NCBI GenBank assembly: GCA_964016885.1
Contig: OZ024750.1
Location: forward strand, 30,132,001-30,196,000
From: Eledone cirrhosa
Taxonomy: Eukaryota
DNA: 64,000 nucleotides
Direction: 5' to 3'
The notes beneath the pieces are model-generated. The model saw only the letters and a program-made list of their open reading frames with translations, searched no databases and was not told where the DNA came from. A program made the translations under genes and the position numbers. Positions within the stretch are counted from its first letter, which is position 1, and each line of letters opens with the position of its first letter. Of this stretch, positions 26,802-40,035 are shown in pieces.

Positions 26802-28267
26802 TCTATATATATATGTTAAACTGTCTATATATCTGTTAAACTGTCTATATATGTTAAACTGTCTATATATGTTAAACTGTCTATATATGTTAAACTGACT
26901 ATATATATGTTAAACTGACTATATATATGTTAAACTGTCTATATATATGTTGAACTGTCTATATATGTTAAACTGTCTATATATGTTAAATTGACTATAT
27001 ATGTTGAACTGTCTATATATGTTAAACTGTCTATATATGTTAAACTGACTATATATATATGTTAAACTGTCTATATATGTTAAACTGACTATATATGTTA
27101 AACTGTCTATAAATGTTAAACTGTCTATATATGTTAAACTGTCTATATATGTTGAACTGTCTATATATATATGTTAAACTGTCTATATATGTTAAACTGT
27201 CTATATATGTTAAACTGTCTATATATGTTAAACTGACTATATATATGTTAAACTGACTATATATATGTTAAACACTCTATGTTAAACTGTCTATATATAT
27301 GTTGAACTGTCTATATATGTTAAACTGTCTATATATCTGTTAAACTGTCTATATATGTTAAACTGTCTATATATGTTAAACTGTCTATATATGTTAAACT
27401 GACTATATATATGTTAAACTGACTATATATATGTTAAACTGTCTATATATATGTTGAACTGTCTATATATGTTAAACTGTCTATATATGTTAAATTGACT
27501 ATATATGTTGAACTGTCTATATATGTTAAACTGTCTATATATGTTAAACTGACTATATATATATGTTAAACTGTCTATATATGTTAAACTGACTATATAT
27601 GTTAAACTGTCTATAAATGTTAAACTGTCTATATATGTTAAACTGTCTATATATGTTGAACTGTCTATATATATATGTTAAACTGTCTATATATGTTAAA
27701 CTGTCTATATATGTTAAACTGTCTATATATGTTAAACTGTCTATATATGTTAAACTGACTATATATATGTTAAACTGACTATATATATGTTAAACACTCT
27801 ATGTTAAACTGTCTATATATATGTTGAACTGTCTATATATGTTAAACTGTCTATATATATTAAACTGACTATATATGTTAAACTGTCTATATATGTTAAA
27901 CTGTCTATATATGTTAAACTGTCTATATATGTTAAACTGTCTATATATGTTAAATTGACTATATATGTTGAACTGTCTATATATGTTAAACTGTCTATAT
28001 ATGTTAAACTGACTATATATATATATGTTAAACTGTCTATATATGTTAAACTGACTATATATGTTAAACTGTCTATAAATGTTAAACTGTCTATATATGT
28101 TAAACTGTCTATATATGTTGAACTGTCTATATATATATGTTAAACTGTCTATATATGTTAAACTGTCTATATATGTTAAACTGTCTATATATGTTGAACT
28201 CTCTATATGTATATGTTAAACTGACTATATATGTTAAACTGTCTATATATGTTAAACTGTCTATATA

Positions 28268-28369
28268 CGAGTCCTGGGTTCAAATGGGGGCTAACCACAG
28301 TAAGTAAGGTACTCAATGATTTCTTTCGAATGAAACAGTTCTAGTCCTGTAGAAGCCAGTTCTATATTA

Positions 28370-28375
<6 letters not shown>
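28268..28375 (+). mobile_element. Short (TA)n-flanked dispersed repeat (family E)
   Basis: Shares GAATGAAACAGTTCTAGTCCTGTAGAA..CTATATTAAA with 19240-19322. Confidence 0.55.
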
Positions 28376-28394
<19 letters not shown>

Positions 28395-28405
<11 letters not shown>

Positions 28406-28409
28406 ACAC

Positions 28410-28446
<37 letters not shown>

Positions 28447-29033
28447 GTGTGTGAATGTGTAATTGTGTGTGTATGTGAGTGTGAATGTGTAATTGTGTGT
28501 GTATGTGTTAGTGTGTATGTATGAGTGTGAATGTATAATTGTGTGTATGTGTTAGTGTGTATGTGAGTATAGATGTATAACTGTGTGTGTATGTGTTAGT
28601 GTGTCAGTGTTCATTGTGATCAGTGTGTGTGTGTGTGTCAAAAATGTGTGCGTGTGTGTATGATCAATGTGTGTGTGTGTATGTGTGTCTGATTAGTGAA
28701 TGCATGTGATCAATGAGTGTGTGTGTGTGTGAGAGAGTGTGTGTGTGAGAGTGTGTGTGTGTGTGTGTGTGTCAAAAATGTGTGTGTGTGTGTATGATCA
28801 ATGTGTGTGTGTGTGTGTCTGATTAGTGAATGCATGTGATCAATGAGTGTGTGTGTGAGAGAGTGTGTGTGTGAGAGTGTGTGTACGTGAGTGTGTGTGT
28901 GTGTGTGTGTATGATCAATGTGTGTGTGTGTGTATGTGTGTCTGATTAGTGAATGCATGTGATCAATGAGTGTGTGTGTGTGAGAGTGTGTGTATGTGTG
29001 TCTGATTACTGAATGCATGTGATCAATGAGTGT

Positions 29034-29079
<46 letters not shown>

Positions 29080-29333
29080 ATCAAAAATGTTTGTGTGTGT
29101 GTATGATCAATGTGTGTGTATGTGTGTCTGATTACTGAATGCATGTGATCAATGAGTGTGTGTGTGTGTGAGAGTGTGTGAGTGTGTGTGTGTGTGTGTG
29201 AGTGTGTGTGTGAGAGTGTGTGTGTGTGAGAGTGTGTGTGTGAGTGTGTGTGTGTGAGTGTGAGAGTGTGTGTGTGTGAGAGTGTGTGAGTGTGAGAGTG
29301 TGTGTGTGTGAGAGTGTGTGTGACAGTGTGTAC

Positions 29334-29371
<38 letters not shown>

Positions 29372-29610
29372 TGTGTGTGTGTGTGAGAGTGTGTGTGTGA
29401 ATGGAAATGTGTAAGGTGAGAGTTAGAGCTAGTGAAGGTAAAAGATAGGTGGGTGCCAAGACTTCTGACACTTGATATTGCAGTATAGGTGGTAGTATTA
29501 GGGGTGGTTTAATGATAAATGAGGTAATATTAGAGATGAGAGAGAGAGAGAGATACAGGGAGAGAAAGAGAGAGAGGGAGAGAGATACAGAGAGAGAGAG
29601 AGAGAGAGAG

Positions 29611-29663
<53 letters not shown>

Positions 29664-29779
29664 CAGGGAGAGAAAGAGAGAGAGAGATACAGAGAGAGAA
29701 AGAGAGATTCAGAGTGTGAGAGAGAGAGAAGACAGAGAGAGAGAGAGAGAGAGAGGAGGCAGAGAGAGAGAGAGAGAGG

Positions 29780-29822
<43 letters not shown>

Positions 29823-29916
29823 TACAGAGACAGAGAGAGAGAGAGATACAGAGAGAGAGAGATATACAGAGAGAGAAAGAGAGATTCAGAGAGTGAGAGA
29901 GAGAGAGAGAAGAGAC

Positions 29917-29962
<46 letters not shown>

Positions 29963-30175
29963 TCAGAAAGAGAGAGAGGAGGCAGAGAGAGAGAGAGAGG
30001 AGGCAGAGAGAGAGAGAGGAGGCAGAGAGAGAGAGAGAGAGATACAGAGAGAGAGAGAGAGAGATTCAGAGAGTGAGAAAGAGAGATTCAGAGAGTGAGA
30101 GAGAGAGAGAGAGGAGACAGAGAGAGAGAGGAGGCAGAGAGAGATACGGAGAGAGAGAGAGACAGAGAGAGAGTG
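28395..30175. repeat. Complex (TG)n followed by (GA)n low-complexity tracts
   Basis: TG tract with recurrent TGATCAATG/GAATGCATG blocks. GA tract at 29535-30175. Confidence 0.93.
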
Positions 30176-30260
30176 TGTAAGATTGGGAGGAGGATGGGGA
30201 AAAATGTGTGTGTATGTGGGGAGGTATATGCAGAATGTGTTTCATCATCATCATTATCAT

Positions 30261-31598
30261 TTAACCTTTTACCATTTAAACTGGCCATAACCGGCCAGAA
30301 TTCTCTCACCTCTTTCTGTACAAACCGGCTGTAAGTGGCCACTCATACTAATGTTAAGGTATTGTTCTTAAAATGAATAATATCAGAATCTCATAGACTC
30401 GATATTATGTGAGATAACTGTTTCTACTTTTGGCACAAGGCCAGCAATTATCCCAGGATATGGCTTAGTGGTTAGAGCATTGGGCTTGCAATCGAAAGGT
30501 TGTGAGTTCAATTCTCAGACCGGGTGATGTGTTGTTTCCTTGAGCAAGACACTTTATTTCACATTGCTCCAGTTTACTCAGCTGTAGAAATGAGATGATA
30601 GGGACTGGGGTCCCTATCATTCCACTGTAAAGTGGTCATGGAGGTGTCACGGCAAAAAAACACCCAGCCCACACTGTAAAGTGGTCATGGAGGTGCCACG
30701 GCAAAAAAGCACCCAGCCCACACTGCAAAGTGGTCATGGAGGTGCCACAGCAAAAAAGCACCCAGCCCACACTGTAAAGTGGACGTGGAGGTGCCACGGA
30801 GCAAAAAGCACCCAGTCCACACTGTAAAGTGGACGTGTAGGTGCCATGGAGAAAAAAGCACCCAGCCCACACTGTAAAGTGAAGGTGGAGGTGCCATGGA
30901 GAAAAAAGCACCCAGCACTCACTGTAAATGAGGTTGGTGTTAGGAAGGGCATCCAGCTGTAGAAATCAAGCCAGAATCAGTTCCTGTATGAGCAAGACAA
31001 GGTCAGCCGACCGGACACTGCCCATAACAGGACAACACGTCTAACCCATGCTAGCGTGGAAGAACGGACATAAAACGGTGATGATGATGATGATGATGAT
31101 GATGATTACTAGTACTTTATTTTATCAACCCCGTAATGATGAAAGTCAAAGTTAACCTTGACAGGATTTGAACTGAGACCATAAAGGGCCGTAACTCTTT
31201 GCTGCAAAGCATGGCGTCCGACCCTCTACCGGACGCCATGTTACGGCCCTTTATGGTCTGAGTTCAAATCCTGTCAAGGTTAACTTTGCCTTTCATCCTT
31301 ACGGGGTCGATAAAATAAAGTACCAGTAATAATAATTGTTTCTACTTTAGGCACAAGGCCAGCAAAATACCCCAGTGCATTACTGGTACTTTATTTCATC
31401 GACCCCGTAAGGATGAAAGGCAAAGTTAACCTCGGAGGGATTTGAACTCAGAATGGCAAGGGCCGTAACTCTATGCGTCAAAGCATGGCATCCAACCCTC
31501 TACCGATTACTGCCAATCCACATAATAATTTAAGATAAACCCCTTTACTACAGAAATACAATAGTAAATATAGAGTAATGTAAATGTTAAAGGGTTAA
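30261..31598. mobile_element. piggyBac MITE family 1 with nested SINE B, SINE A (30459-31106) and further SINE B copies
   Basis: TTAA-flanked TIRs. MITE sequence resumes at ~31520. Confidence 0.82.
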
Positions 31599-31739
31599 GA
31601 CTGTCCTTCCTGCTAACATGGGTTGGATGAGTCTTCACAGATGAAGGTAACACTAAATTTGAGCCACTGACCACACAGATGGACCAGGGCCTCAGTCTTC
31701 CACTACCCATCTTTGCTGCAGTTTGCTTACATTTGCTTA

Positions 31740-32110
31740 CCAACACCTCCATCATCACCTCTACCACCACCACCAACACCTCCATCACCACCACCTCTAC
31801 CACCACCAACAACAACAACAATAACACCACCTCCAACACCTCCATCATCACCTCTGCCCCCCATCAACACCTCTACCACCACCTCCATCACCTCTACCAC
31901 CACCACCATCACCTCTACCACCACCACCAACACCTCCATCATCACCTCTACCACCACCACCACCACCTCTACCACCACCACCACCTCCATCATCACCTCT
32001 GCCACCACCATCATCACCTCTGCCACCACCAACACCACCACCAACACCTCCATCATCACCTCTACCACCACCACCAACACCACCACCACCAACATTAACA
32101 ACAACATTAA
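31740..32110. repeat. (CAC/CAT)n low-complexity tract
   Basis: Trinucleotide variants. Confidence 0.9.
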
Positions 32111-32732
32111 CAAGATAAAAAAAAAGCAATAGAAATACCACAGCCACCTTTGTGGAGAGTGATAAGTATGAAAGAAACACAACACCTGTTGGAGTAAGTT
32201 AATGAGGTGTGCTATTATTAAAATATTCCATTTACTGCTTTTGATACTAACCCCCCCCCCCCCGCCGCCTGTTACTACAATACTAAACTATATATTTTTA
32301 ACTGCATGGTCTGGTAACTCCTAAGGGAGTCAGGGAGTCGAAAGGGTGCGGTATTGACATATGATGTTTCTTGGGACATTTTTAACCCTTTAGCATTTAA
32401 ACTGGCCATATCCGGCCAAAATTCTCTCACCTATATCTGTTCAAACCGGTTGTAACTGGCTGCTCATACTGATGTTATGGTAGTGTTCTCAAAATTAATA
32501 ATTGTTTCTACGTTAGGCACAAGGCCAGCAATTACCCAGTGCATTGCTGGTACTTTATTTTATCGACCCCCGTAAGGACGAAAGGCAAAGTTAACCTCGG
32601 CGGGATTTGAACTCAGAATGGCAAGGGCCGTAACTCTATACGTCAAAGCATGGCGTCCGACCCTCTACCAATACTGCCAATCAACCCTAATAATATCAAA
32701 ATCTCATAGATTCAATATTATGTGAGATAATT

Positions 32733-33171
32733 TTCTTTCTACTAATTTATTTACATTATTCTTGCAGTGGAGAATTCTGGTGTCCTTGGCTCTAGGGCTA
32801 CCTCCCTACTCACCATAGGCGCTGAGCTGGCCAGCCGCAGGTGTTAGCCTCACGAGTTGGAGTGGCTTTTCCAGCGCGTCTCCCTTGCCATCCTCTGGGG
32901 AAACGTCTTCTCCATTCTGACCGCCGGGGCTGTGTGTGTTGGGGGGGGGGGGGGAGCCATCGCGTATCATTCCATATTTAATTATGGTCGGTATGTGTAT
33001 GCTTATGTTTTGGATGTTGACGAAGACTAAGCTGTTATAAAAGGCGCAGTTAAGAATAATTGTTTCTACTTTTGGCACAAGGCCAGCAATTACCCAGTAC
33101 ATTACTGGTACTTTATTTTATCGACCCCGTAAAGATGAAAGGCAAAGTTAACCTCGACGAAGTTAAGAATA
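32733..33171 (+). mobile_element. CRE-clade LINE 3' fragment with 13-bp TSD
   Basis: LAVENSGVLGSRATSLLTIGAELASRRC*PHELEWLFQRVSLAILWGNVFSIL. TSD ATGTGAGATAATT at 32720-32732 and 33172-33184. Confidence 0.78.
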
Positions 33172-33234
33172 ATGTGAGATAATTAAGTAAGATAAAGCCT
33201 TTACCACAAAAATACAACAGTATATATAGAGTAA

Positions 33235-33622
33235 TCATCATCATCATCATTTTACGTCCGCTTTTCCCTGCTTGCAAGGGTGGGACGGCAACTTGATTGT
33301 GGCTTGATTTCTACAGCTGGATGCCCTTCCTAACACCAACCTCCTTTACAGTGAGTGCTGGATGCTTTTTTGCCGTGGCACCTACACATCCACTTTACAG
33401 TGTGGGCTGGGTGCTTTATTGCTGTGGCACCTCCACGACCACTTTGCAGTGGAATGATAGGGACCCCAGTCCCTATCATCTCATTTCTACAGCTGAGTAA
33501 ACTGGAGCAATGTGAAATAAAGTGTCTTGCTCAAGGAAACAACACATCACCCGGTCTGAGAATTGAACTCACAACCTTTCGATTGCAAGGCCAATGCTCT
33601 AACCACTAAGCCATGTGCCTCT
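33235..33622 (-). mobile_element. SINE family A
   Basis: Full tRNA head, body and tail. Confidence 0.87.
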
Positions 33623-34849
33623 ATAATTGTTTCTACTTTAGGCACAAGGCCAGCAATTATCCAGTACATTACTGGTACTTTATTTTATCGACCCCGTAAG
33701 GATGAAAGGCAAAGTTAACCTCGGCGGGATTTGAACTCATGTGCCTCTATAATGTAATGTAAATGTTAAAGGGTTAAACCCGGCTGACCCATCTAATCTC
33801 CAGGTGTGAATACAGGAGATTTCTTCCAGAGAAGGATAAAGAAAGCATGATAGAATGGCAGTAAGAAATAGATATAGAGGCAGAATTGACCCCAGTACTA
33901 GACTGGTATTTATTATGTCAGGCGGCAAATTGGCAGAGTCGATAGAATCATCATCATCATCATCACCGTTTTACGTCCGTTCTTCCACGCTAGCATGGGT
34001 TAGACGGGTTGTCCTGTTGTGGGCAGTGTCTGGTCGGCTGACCATGCCTTGCTCATACAGGAACTGATCTGGCTTGATTTCTACAGCTGGATGTCCTTCC
34101 TAACACCAACCTCATTTACAGTGAGTGGTGGGTGCTTTTTCGTGGCGCCTACACGTCCACTTTACAGTGTGGGCTGGGTGCTTTTTTGCCGTGGCACCTC
34201 CACGACCACTTTGCGGTGGGGGGAGTGGGGGCATATTGTTTATGTCAGATAGAATGCTTTGCAGTATTCCTTTCAGCTCTGCTCTCAGAGTTTAAATCCC
34301 GCTGAGGTCAACTTTGCCTTTCATCCATATTTTTACCTATTTATATCTATTTACAAATCTCCCATCATAATTTTATATATAGGGTGGTGGTTTGGCAATA
34401 TTGGTAGAGTGTCAGACACCATGTTTTGCAGCATAGTTACGGCCCTTTATGATCTGAGTTCAAATCCCGCCGAGGTTAACTTTGCCTTTCATCCTTACGA
34501 GGTCGATAAAATAAAGTACCAGTGGTGCACTGGGGTAATCGTTGGCCTTGTGCGAAAAGTAGAAACTCTATAAGGGCGGTCGATTGGCAGTATCGGTAGA
34601 GGGTCGGACGCCATGCTTTGACGCATAGAGTTACGGCCCTTGCCATTCTGAGTTCAAATACCGCCGAGGTTAACTTTACCTTTCATCCTTAAGGGGTCGA
34701 TAAAATAAAGTAACAGTAATACACTGGTGTAATCGCTGGCCTTGTGCCAAAAGTAGAAACTCTATAATTTTATATAAGAACCTTTGTTAAGATATGTTCC
34801 AATCACACCTGGTTATATGATATAAAACAGTTTATTTTAAAGTATTTAT

Positions 34850-34905
34850 ATGAAACTCTTGGTCAGTGTCCAAGTCTCAGACCCATACAGCAGCCCAGAT
34901 GCCAC
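34850..34905 (-). mobile_element. RTE LINE fragment
   Basis: VASGLLYGSETWTLTK. Confidence 0.6.
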
Positions 34906-35271
34906 CCAGATGTAATGAAGAGGAGACAGATCTTTATGTCTTTACATATAATCACATACAAGTGTGAATGCCCAAAACATACCTACACATGCACACACAC
35001 ATACACACAAGTATATATATACATATAAACAGATACAAGTATGAATGCACTAAACATACACACACACACACACTCAGGTGTGTGTGTGTGTGAATAAGTG
35101 TGAGTAAATGGGTGTGTGTGTGTGTTTGATGCTGCTGGTGAGAGTACAGTAGTGGAAGATGCTGAATCTGTCCAGATGTCAACAGATGTCAGCATCTGCA
35201 TACCCAACTTCCTATGTTGTGTTTTGATTTTATACATAGAGCTGCCATGATAAAATATACCCAGTACACTC

Positions 35272-38200
35272 TGAAGATGATGATGATGATGATTTTGAAG
35301 ATGGTGATGATGATGATGATGATGAAGATGAGGATGTCAAGGATGTTGATGATGATGGTGGTGGTCATGATGATGATGGTGATGATGAAGTCAAGGCAGA
35401 TGATGATGATGAAGATGGTGGTGGTGGTGGTGGTGAAGATGAAGATGATGGTGGTGAAGATGATGAAGTCAAGGCTGATGGTGATGATGATGATGATGAT
35501 GATGAGGATGATGGTGATGATGATGGTGGTGAAGATGATGATGATGATGGTGATATTGATGATGATGGTGATGATGGTGATGGTGATGATAGTGATGGTG
35601 ATGATGGTGATGGTGGTGATGGTGGTGATGGTGATGATGATGGTGGTGAAGATGATGGTGGTGAAGATGATGGTGGTGGTGGTGATGGTGAAGATGATGA
35701 AGTCAAGGTTGATGATGAGGATGGTGATGACAAGCATGAAGATGAAGATTAGACAGTAACCTCTATATTCTGTAGTCAATGACAACATATTGTGTAACAA
35801 AGATACAAGTGGAATCTTGTCTACCATGTCTAGTTTACATAGTGGTGGTGGTGGTGGTAGTAGTGGTGGTGGTAGTGGTGGTGGTGGTGGTGGTAGTGGT
35901 GGTGGTAGTGGTGGTGGTGGTGGTGGTAGTGGTGGTAGTGGTGGTAGTGGTGGTGGTGGTGGTGGTGGTGGTGGTGGTGGTGGTAGTGGTGGTGGTGGTG
36001 GTAGTGGTGGTGGTAGTGGTAGTGGTGGTGGTGGTAGTGGTGGTGGTGGTGGTAGTGGTGGTGGTGGTAGTGGTAGTGGTGGTGGTGGTAGTGGTGGTGG
36101 TGGTGGTGGTGGTGGTGGTGGTGGTAGTGGTGGTAGTGGTGGTGGTGGTGGTGGTGGTGGTGGTGGTGGTAGTGGTGGTGGTAGTGGTAGTGGTGGTGGT
36201 GGTAGTGGTGGTGGTGGTGGTGGTGGTGGTGGTGGTGGTGGTAGTGGTGGTGGTAGTGGTAGTGGTGGTGGTGGTAGTGGTGGTGGTGGTGGTGGTGGTA
36301 GTGGTGGTAGTGGTGGTGGTGGTGGTGGTGGTGGTGGTGGTGGTGGTGGTGGTAGTGGTGGTGGTGGTGGTGGTGGTGGTGGTGGTGGTAGTGGTGGTGG
36401 TGGTAGTGGTGGTGGTGGTAGTGGTAGTGGTGGTGGTGGTAGTGGTAGTGGTGGTGGTGGTAGTGGTGGTGGTGGTGGTGGTGGTGGTGGTAGTGGTGGT
36501 GGTGGTGGTGGTGGTGGTGGTGGTAGTGGTGGTAGTGGTGGTGGTGGTGGTGGTGGTGGTGGTGGTGGTGGTGGTGGTGGTAGTGGTGGTGGTAGTGGTG
36601 GTGGTGGTAGTGGTGGTGGTGGTGGTAGTGGTGGTGGTGGTAGTGGTGGTGGTGGTAGTGGTGGTGGTGGTGGTGGTGGTGGTGGTAGTGGTGGTGGTGG
36701 TAGTGGTAGTGGTGGTGGTGGTGGTGGTGGTGGTGGTGGTGGTGGTGGTAGTGGTGGTGGTAGTGGTAGTGGTGGTGGTGGTAGTGGTGGTGGTGGTAGT
36801 GGTGGTGGTGGTAGTGGTAGTGGTGGTAGTGGTGGTGGTGGTAGTGGTGGTGGTGGTAGTGGTGGTGGTGGTAGTGGTAGTGGTGGTGGTGGTAGTGGTG
36901 GTGGTGGTGGTGGTGGTGGTGGTGGTGGTAGTGGTGGTAGTGGTGGTGGTAGTGGTGGTGGTGGTAGTGGTGGTGGTGGTGGTGGTAGTGGTGGTGGTGG
37001 TAGTGGTGGTGGTGGTAGTGGTAGTGGTGGTGGTGGTAGTGGTGGTGGTGGTGGTGGTGGTGGTGGTGGTGGTAGTGGTGGTAGTGGTGGTAGTGGTGGT
37101 GGTGGTGGTAGTGGTGGTGGTGGTGGTGGTGGTGGTGGTGGTGGTGGTGGTGGTGGTGGTAGTGGTGGTGGTAGTGGTAGTGGTGGTGGTGGTAGTGGTG
37201 GTGGTGGTGGTAGTGGTGGTGGTGGTAGTGGTAGTGGTGGTGGTGGTAGTGGTGGTGGTGGTGGTGGTGGTGGTGGTGGTGGTAGTGGTGGTAGTGGTGG
37301 TGGTGGTGGTGGTGGTGGTGGTGGTGGTGGTGGTGGTGGTAGTGGTGGTGGTAGTGGTAGTGGTGGTAGTGGTGGTGGTGGTGGTGGTGGTGGTGGTGGT
37401 GGTGGTAGTGGTGGTGGTAGTGGTAGTGGTGGTGGTGGTAGTGGTGGTGGTGGTGGTGGTGGTAGTGGTGGTAGTGGTGGTGGTGGTGGTGGTGGTGGTG
37501 GTGGTGGTGGTGGTGGTAGTGGTGGTGGTAGTGGTAGTGGTGGTGGTGGTAGTGGTGGTGGTGGTGGTGGTGGTGGTGGTGGTAGTGGTAGTGGTGGTGG
37601 TGGTAGTGGTGGTGGTGGTGGTGGTGGTAGTGGTGGTGGTAGTGGTAGTGGTAGTGGTGGTGGTGGTGGTGGTAGTGGTGGTAGTGGTGGTGGTGGTAGT
37701 GGTGGTGGTGGTGGTGGTGGTGGTGGTGGTAGTGGTGGTGGTAGTGGTAGTGGTGGTGGTGGTGGTGGTGGTGGTAGTGGTGGTGGTAGTGGTAGTGGTG
37801 GTGGTGGTAGTGGTGGTGGTGGTGGTGGTGGTAGTGGTGGTAGTGGTGGTAGTGGTGGTGGTGGTGGTGGTGGTGGTGGTGGTGGTGGTAGTGGTGGTGG
37901 TAGTGGTGGTAGTGGTGGTAGTGGTGGTAGTGGTGGTGGTGGTGGTGGTGGTGGTGGTGGTGGTGGTGGTAGTGGTGGTGGTAGTGGTGGTAGTGGTGGT
38001 AGTGGTAGTGGTGGTGGTGGTAGTGGTGGTAGTGGTGGTAGTGGTGGTGGTGGTGGTGGTGGTGGTGGTGGTGGTGGTGGTGGTGGTGGTGGTGGTAGTG
38101 GTGGTAGTGGTGGTAGTGGTGGTGGTGGTGGTGGTGGTAGTGGTGGTGGTAGTGGTGGTAGTGGTGGTAGTGGTGGTGGTGGTGGTGGTGGTAGTGGTAG

Positions 38201-39088
38201 TGGTGGTAGTGGTGGTGGTGGTGGTAGTGGTGGTAGTGGTGGTGGTGGTGGTGGTGGTGGTAGTGGTGGTAGTAGTGGTGGTGGTAGTAGTGCTGGTGGT
38301 GTTGGTGGTAGTGGTGGTGGTGGTAGTGGTGGTAGTAGTGGTGGTGGTAGTAGTGGTGTTGGTGGTGGTGGTGGTGGTGGTGGTAGTGGTGGTGGTGGTG
38401 ATAGTAGTGGTGGTGGTAGTAGTGCTGGTGGTGTTGGTGGTAGTGGTGGTGGTGGTGGTGGTGGTGGTGGTGGTAGTAGTGGTGGTGGTAGTAGTGCTGG
38501 TGGTGGTGGTGGTGGTAGTGGTGGTGGTAGTAGTGCTGGTGGTGTTGGTGGTAGTGGTGGTAGTAGTGGTGGTGGTAGTAGTGCTGGTGGTGGTAGTGCT
38601 GGTGGTGGTGGTGGTAGTGGTGGTGGTGGTAGTGGTGGTAGTGGTGGTGGTGGTAGTAGTGCTGGTGGTGGTGGTGATGGTGATGGTGGTGGTGGTGGTG
38701 GTGGTGATGGTGGTGGTGGTGGTGGTGGTGGTGGTAGTGGTGGTGGTGGTGGTGGTGGTGGTAATGGTGGTAGCGGTGGTGGTGGTGGTGGTGGCAGTGG
38801 TGGTGGTAGTGGTAGTGATGGTGGTGATGGTAGTGGTGGTGGTGGTAGTGGTGGTGGTAGTGATGGTGGTGGTGGTAGTGATGATAGTGATGGTGGTGAT
38901 GGTAGTGGTGGTGGTGGTGGTGGTAGTGGTAGTGGTGGTAGTAATGTTGGTGGTGGTGGCAGTGGTGATAATGGTAGTGATGGTAGTGGTGGTGGTAGCA
39001 GTGGTGATGGTAGTGGTGGTGGTAACAGTGGTGGTGGTAGCAGTGGTGGTGGTGGCGGAGGTGGTAGTGATGGTGGTGGTGGTGATGA
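35272..39088. repeat. (GAT)n tract, then a ~3.2 kb (GGT)n/AGT microsatellite (35841-39088)
   Basis: Direct observation. Source of the poly-G, poly-P and poly-V pseudo-ORFs. Confidence 0.98.
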
Positions 39089-39171
39089 TCCTACTTTGAG
39101 AAACACTGGCATGAAATATGTTAAATTATCAAACAAATATATTAGAAGCAAACATATAAAACATGGAATAC

Positions 39172-39266
39172 CTGTAATGTATTGGGGGTTGTGGTCACCA
39201 GTTGTTCACGTGACGAACATGAGTCTTCACTATCCAAAGATTGTTTACTTTCAACAGAGCTGCAAT
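39172..39266 (-). CDS. Candidate internal host exon (unknown gene)
   Basis: TTTTCTTCTATTTCCACAG|AT TGC AGC...TTA CAG|GTATTC. Reads xCSSVESKQSLDSEDSCSSREQLVTTTPNTLQ. Confidence 0.45.
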
Positions 39267-39386
39267 CTGTGGAAATAGAAGAAAATATTTAATTATTCCA
39301 TGAAGAATAAATTACATAGTTAACATATTGGGCATTTGCCCTTCATCAGGAATAACACAAAAGGAAAATTGTAAAGTAAATAACAT

Positions 39387-39420
<34 letters not shown>

Positions 39421-39537
39421 TTCCCGTATGAGCAAGCCAAGGTCAGATGACCGGACACTGCCCACAACAGGACAACCCGTCTAACCCATGAACCCATGCT
39501 AGCGTGGAAGAACGGACGTAAAACGGTGATGATGATG

Positions 39538-39596
<59 letters not shown>

Positions 39597-39597
<1 letters not shown>

Positions 39598-40035
39598 AAG
39601 GTGCATGGCTTAGTGGTTAGAGCATTGGGCTGGCAATCGAAAGGTTGTGAGTTCAATTCTCAGACCGAGTGATGTGTTGTTTCATTGAGCAAGACACTTT
39701 ATTTCACATTGTTCCAGGTTACTCAGCTGTAGAAATGAGATGATAGGGACTGGGGTCCCTATCATTCCACTGCAAAGTGGTCGTGGAGGTGCCACGGCAA
39801 AAAAGCACCCAGCCCACACTGTAAAGTGGACGTGTAGGCGCCACAAAAGAAAAGCACCCAGCACTCACTGTAAATGAGGTTGGTGTTAGGAAGGGCATCC
39901 AGCTGTAGAAATCAAGCCAGAATCAGTTCCCGTATGAGCAAGACAAGGTCAGCTGACCGGACAACTGCCCATAACAGGACAACATGTCTAACCCATGCTA
40001 GCGTGTAAGAACGGCCGTAAAATAGTGATGATGAT
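39597..40035 (+). mobile_element. SINE family A, full length
   Basis: tRNA head to (GAT)n tail. An extra tail copy lies at 39418-39540. Confidence 0.88.

Larger units (their letters stand above)
23240..28268. repeat. 18-20 bp minisatellite (TA)nTGTTAAACTG(T/A)C, interrupted by a LINE
   Basis: Arrays at 23240-24430 and ~26802-28268. AGACTG variants at the left edge. Confidence 0.97.
32382..33777. mobile_element. piggyBac MITE family 1 inserted in a SINE C and carrying nested SINEs and a CRE fragment
   Basis: TTAA TIR ends. The flanks rejoin as a homolog of 49385-49690. Confidence 0.8.

Noticed and set aside
35189-39278. 1100-1320 aa poly-Pro, poly-Val and Gly-Ser ORFs
   Set aside because: Translations of a (GGT)n microsatellite, open in multiple frames on both strands
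39325-39355. Minus-strand CTGATGA-AGGGC/GCCC hammerhead
   Set aside because: GAAA box and helix III absent
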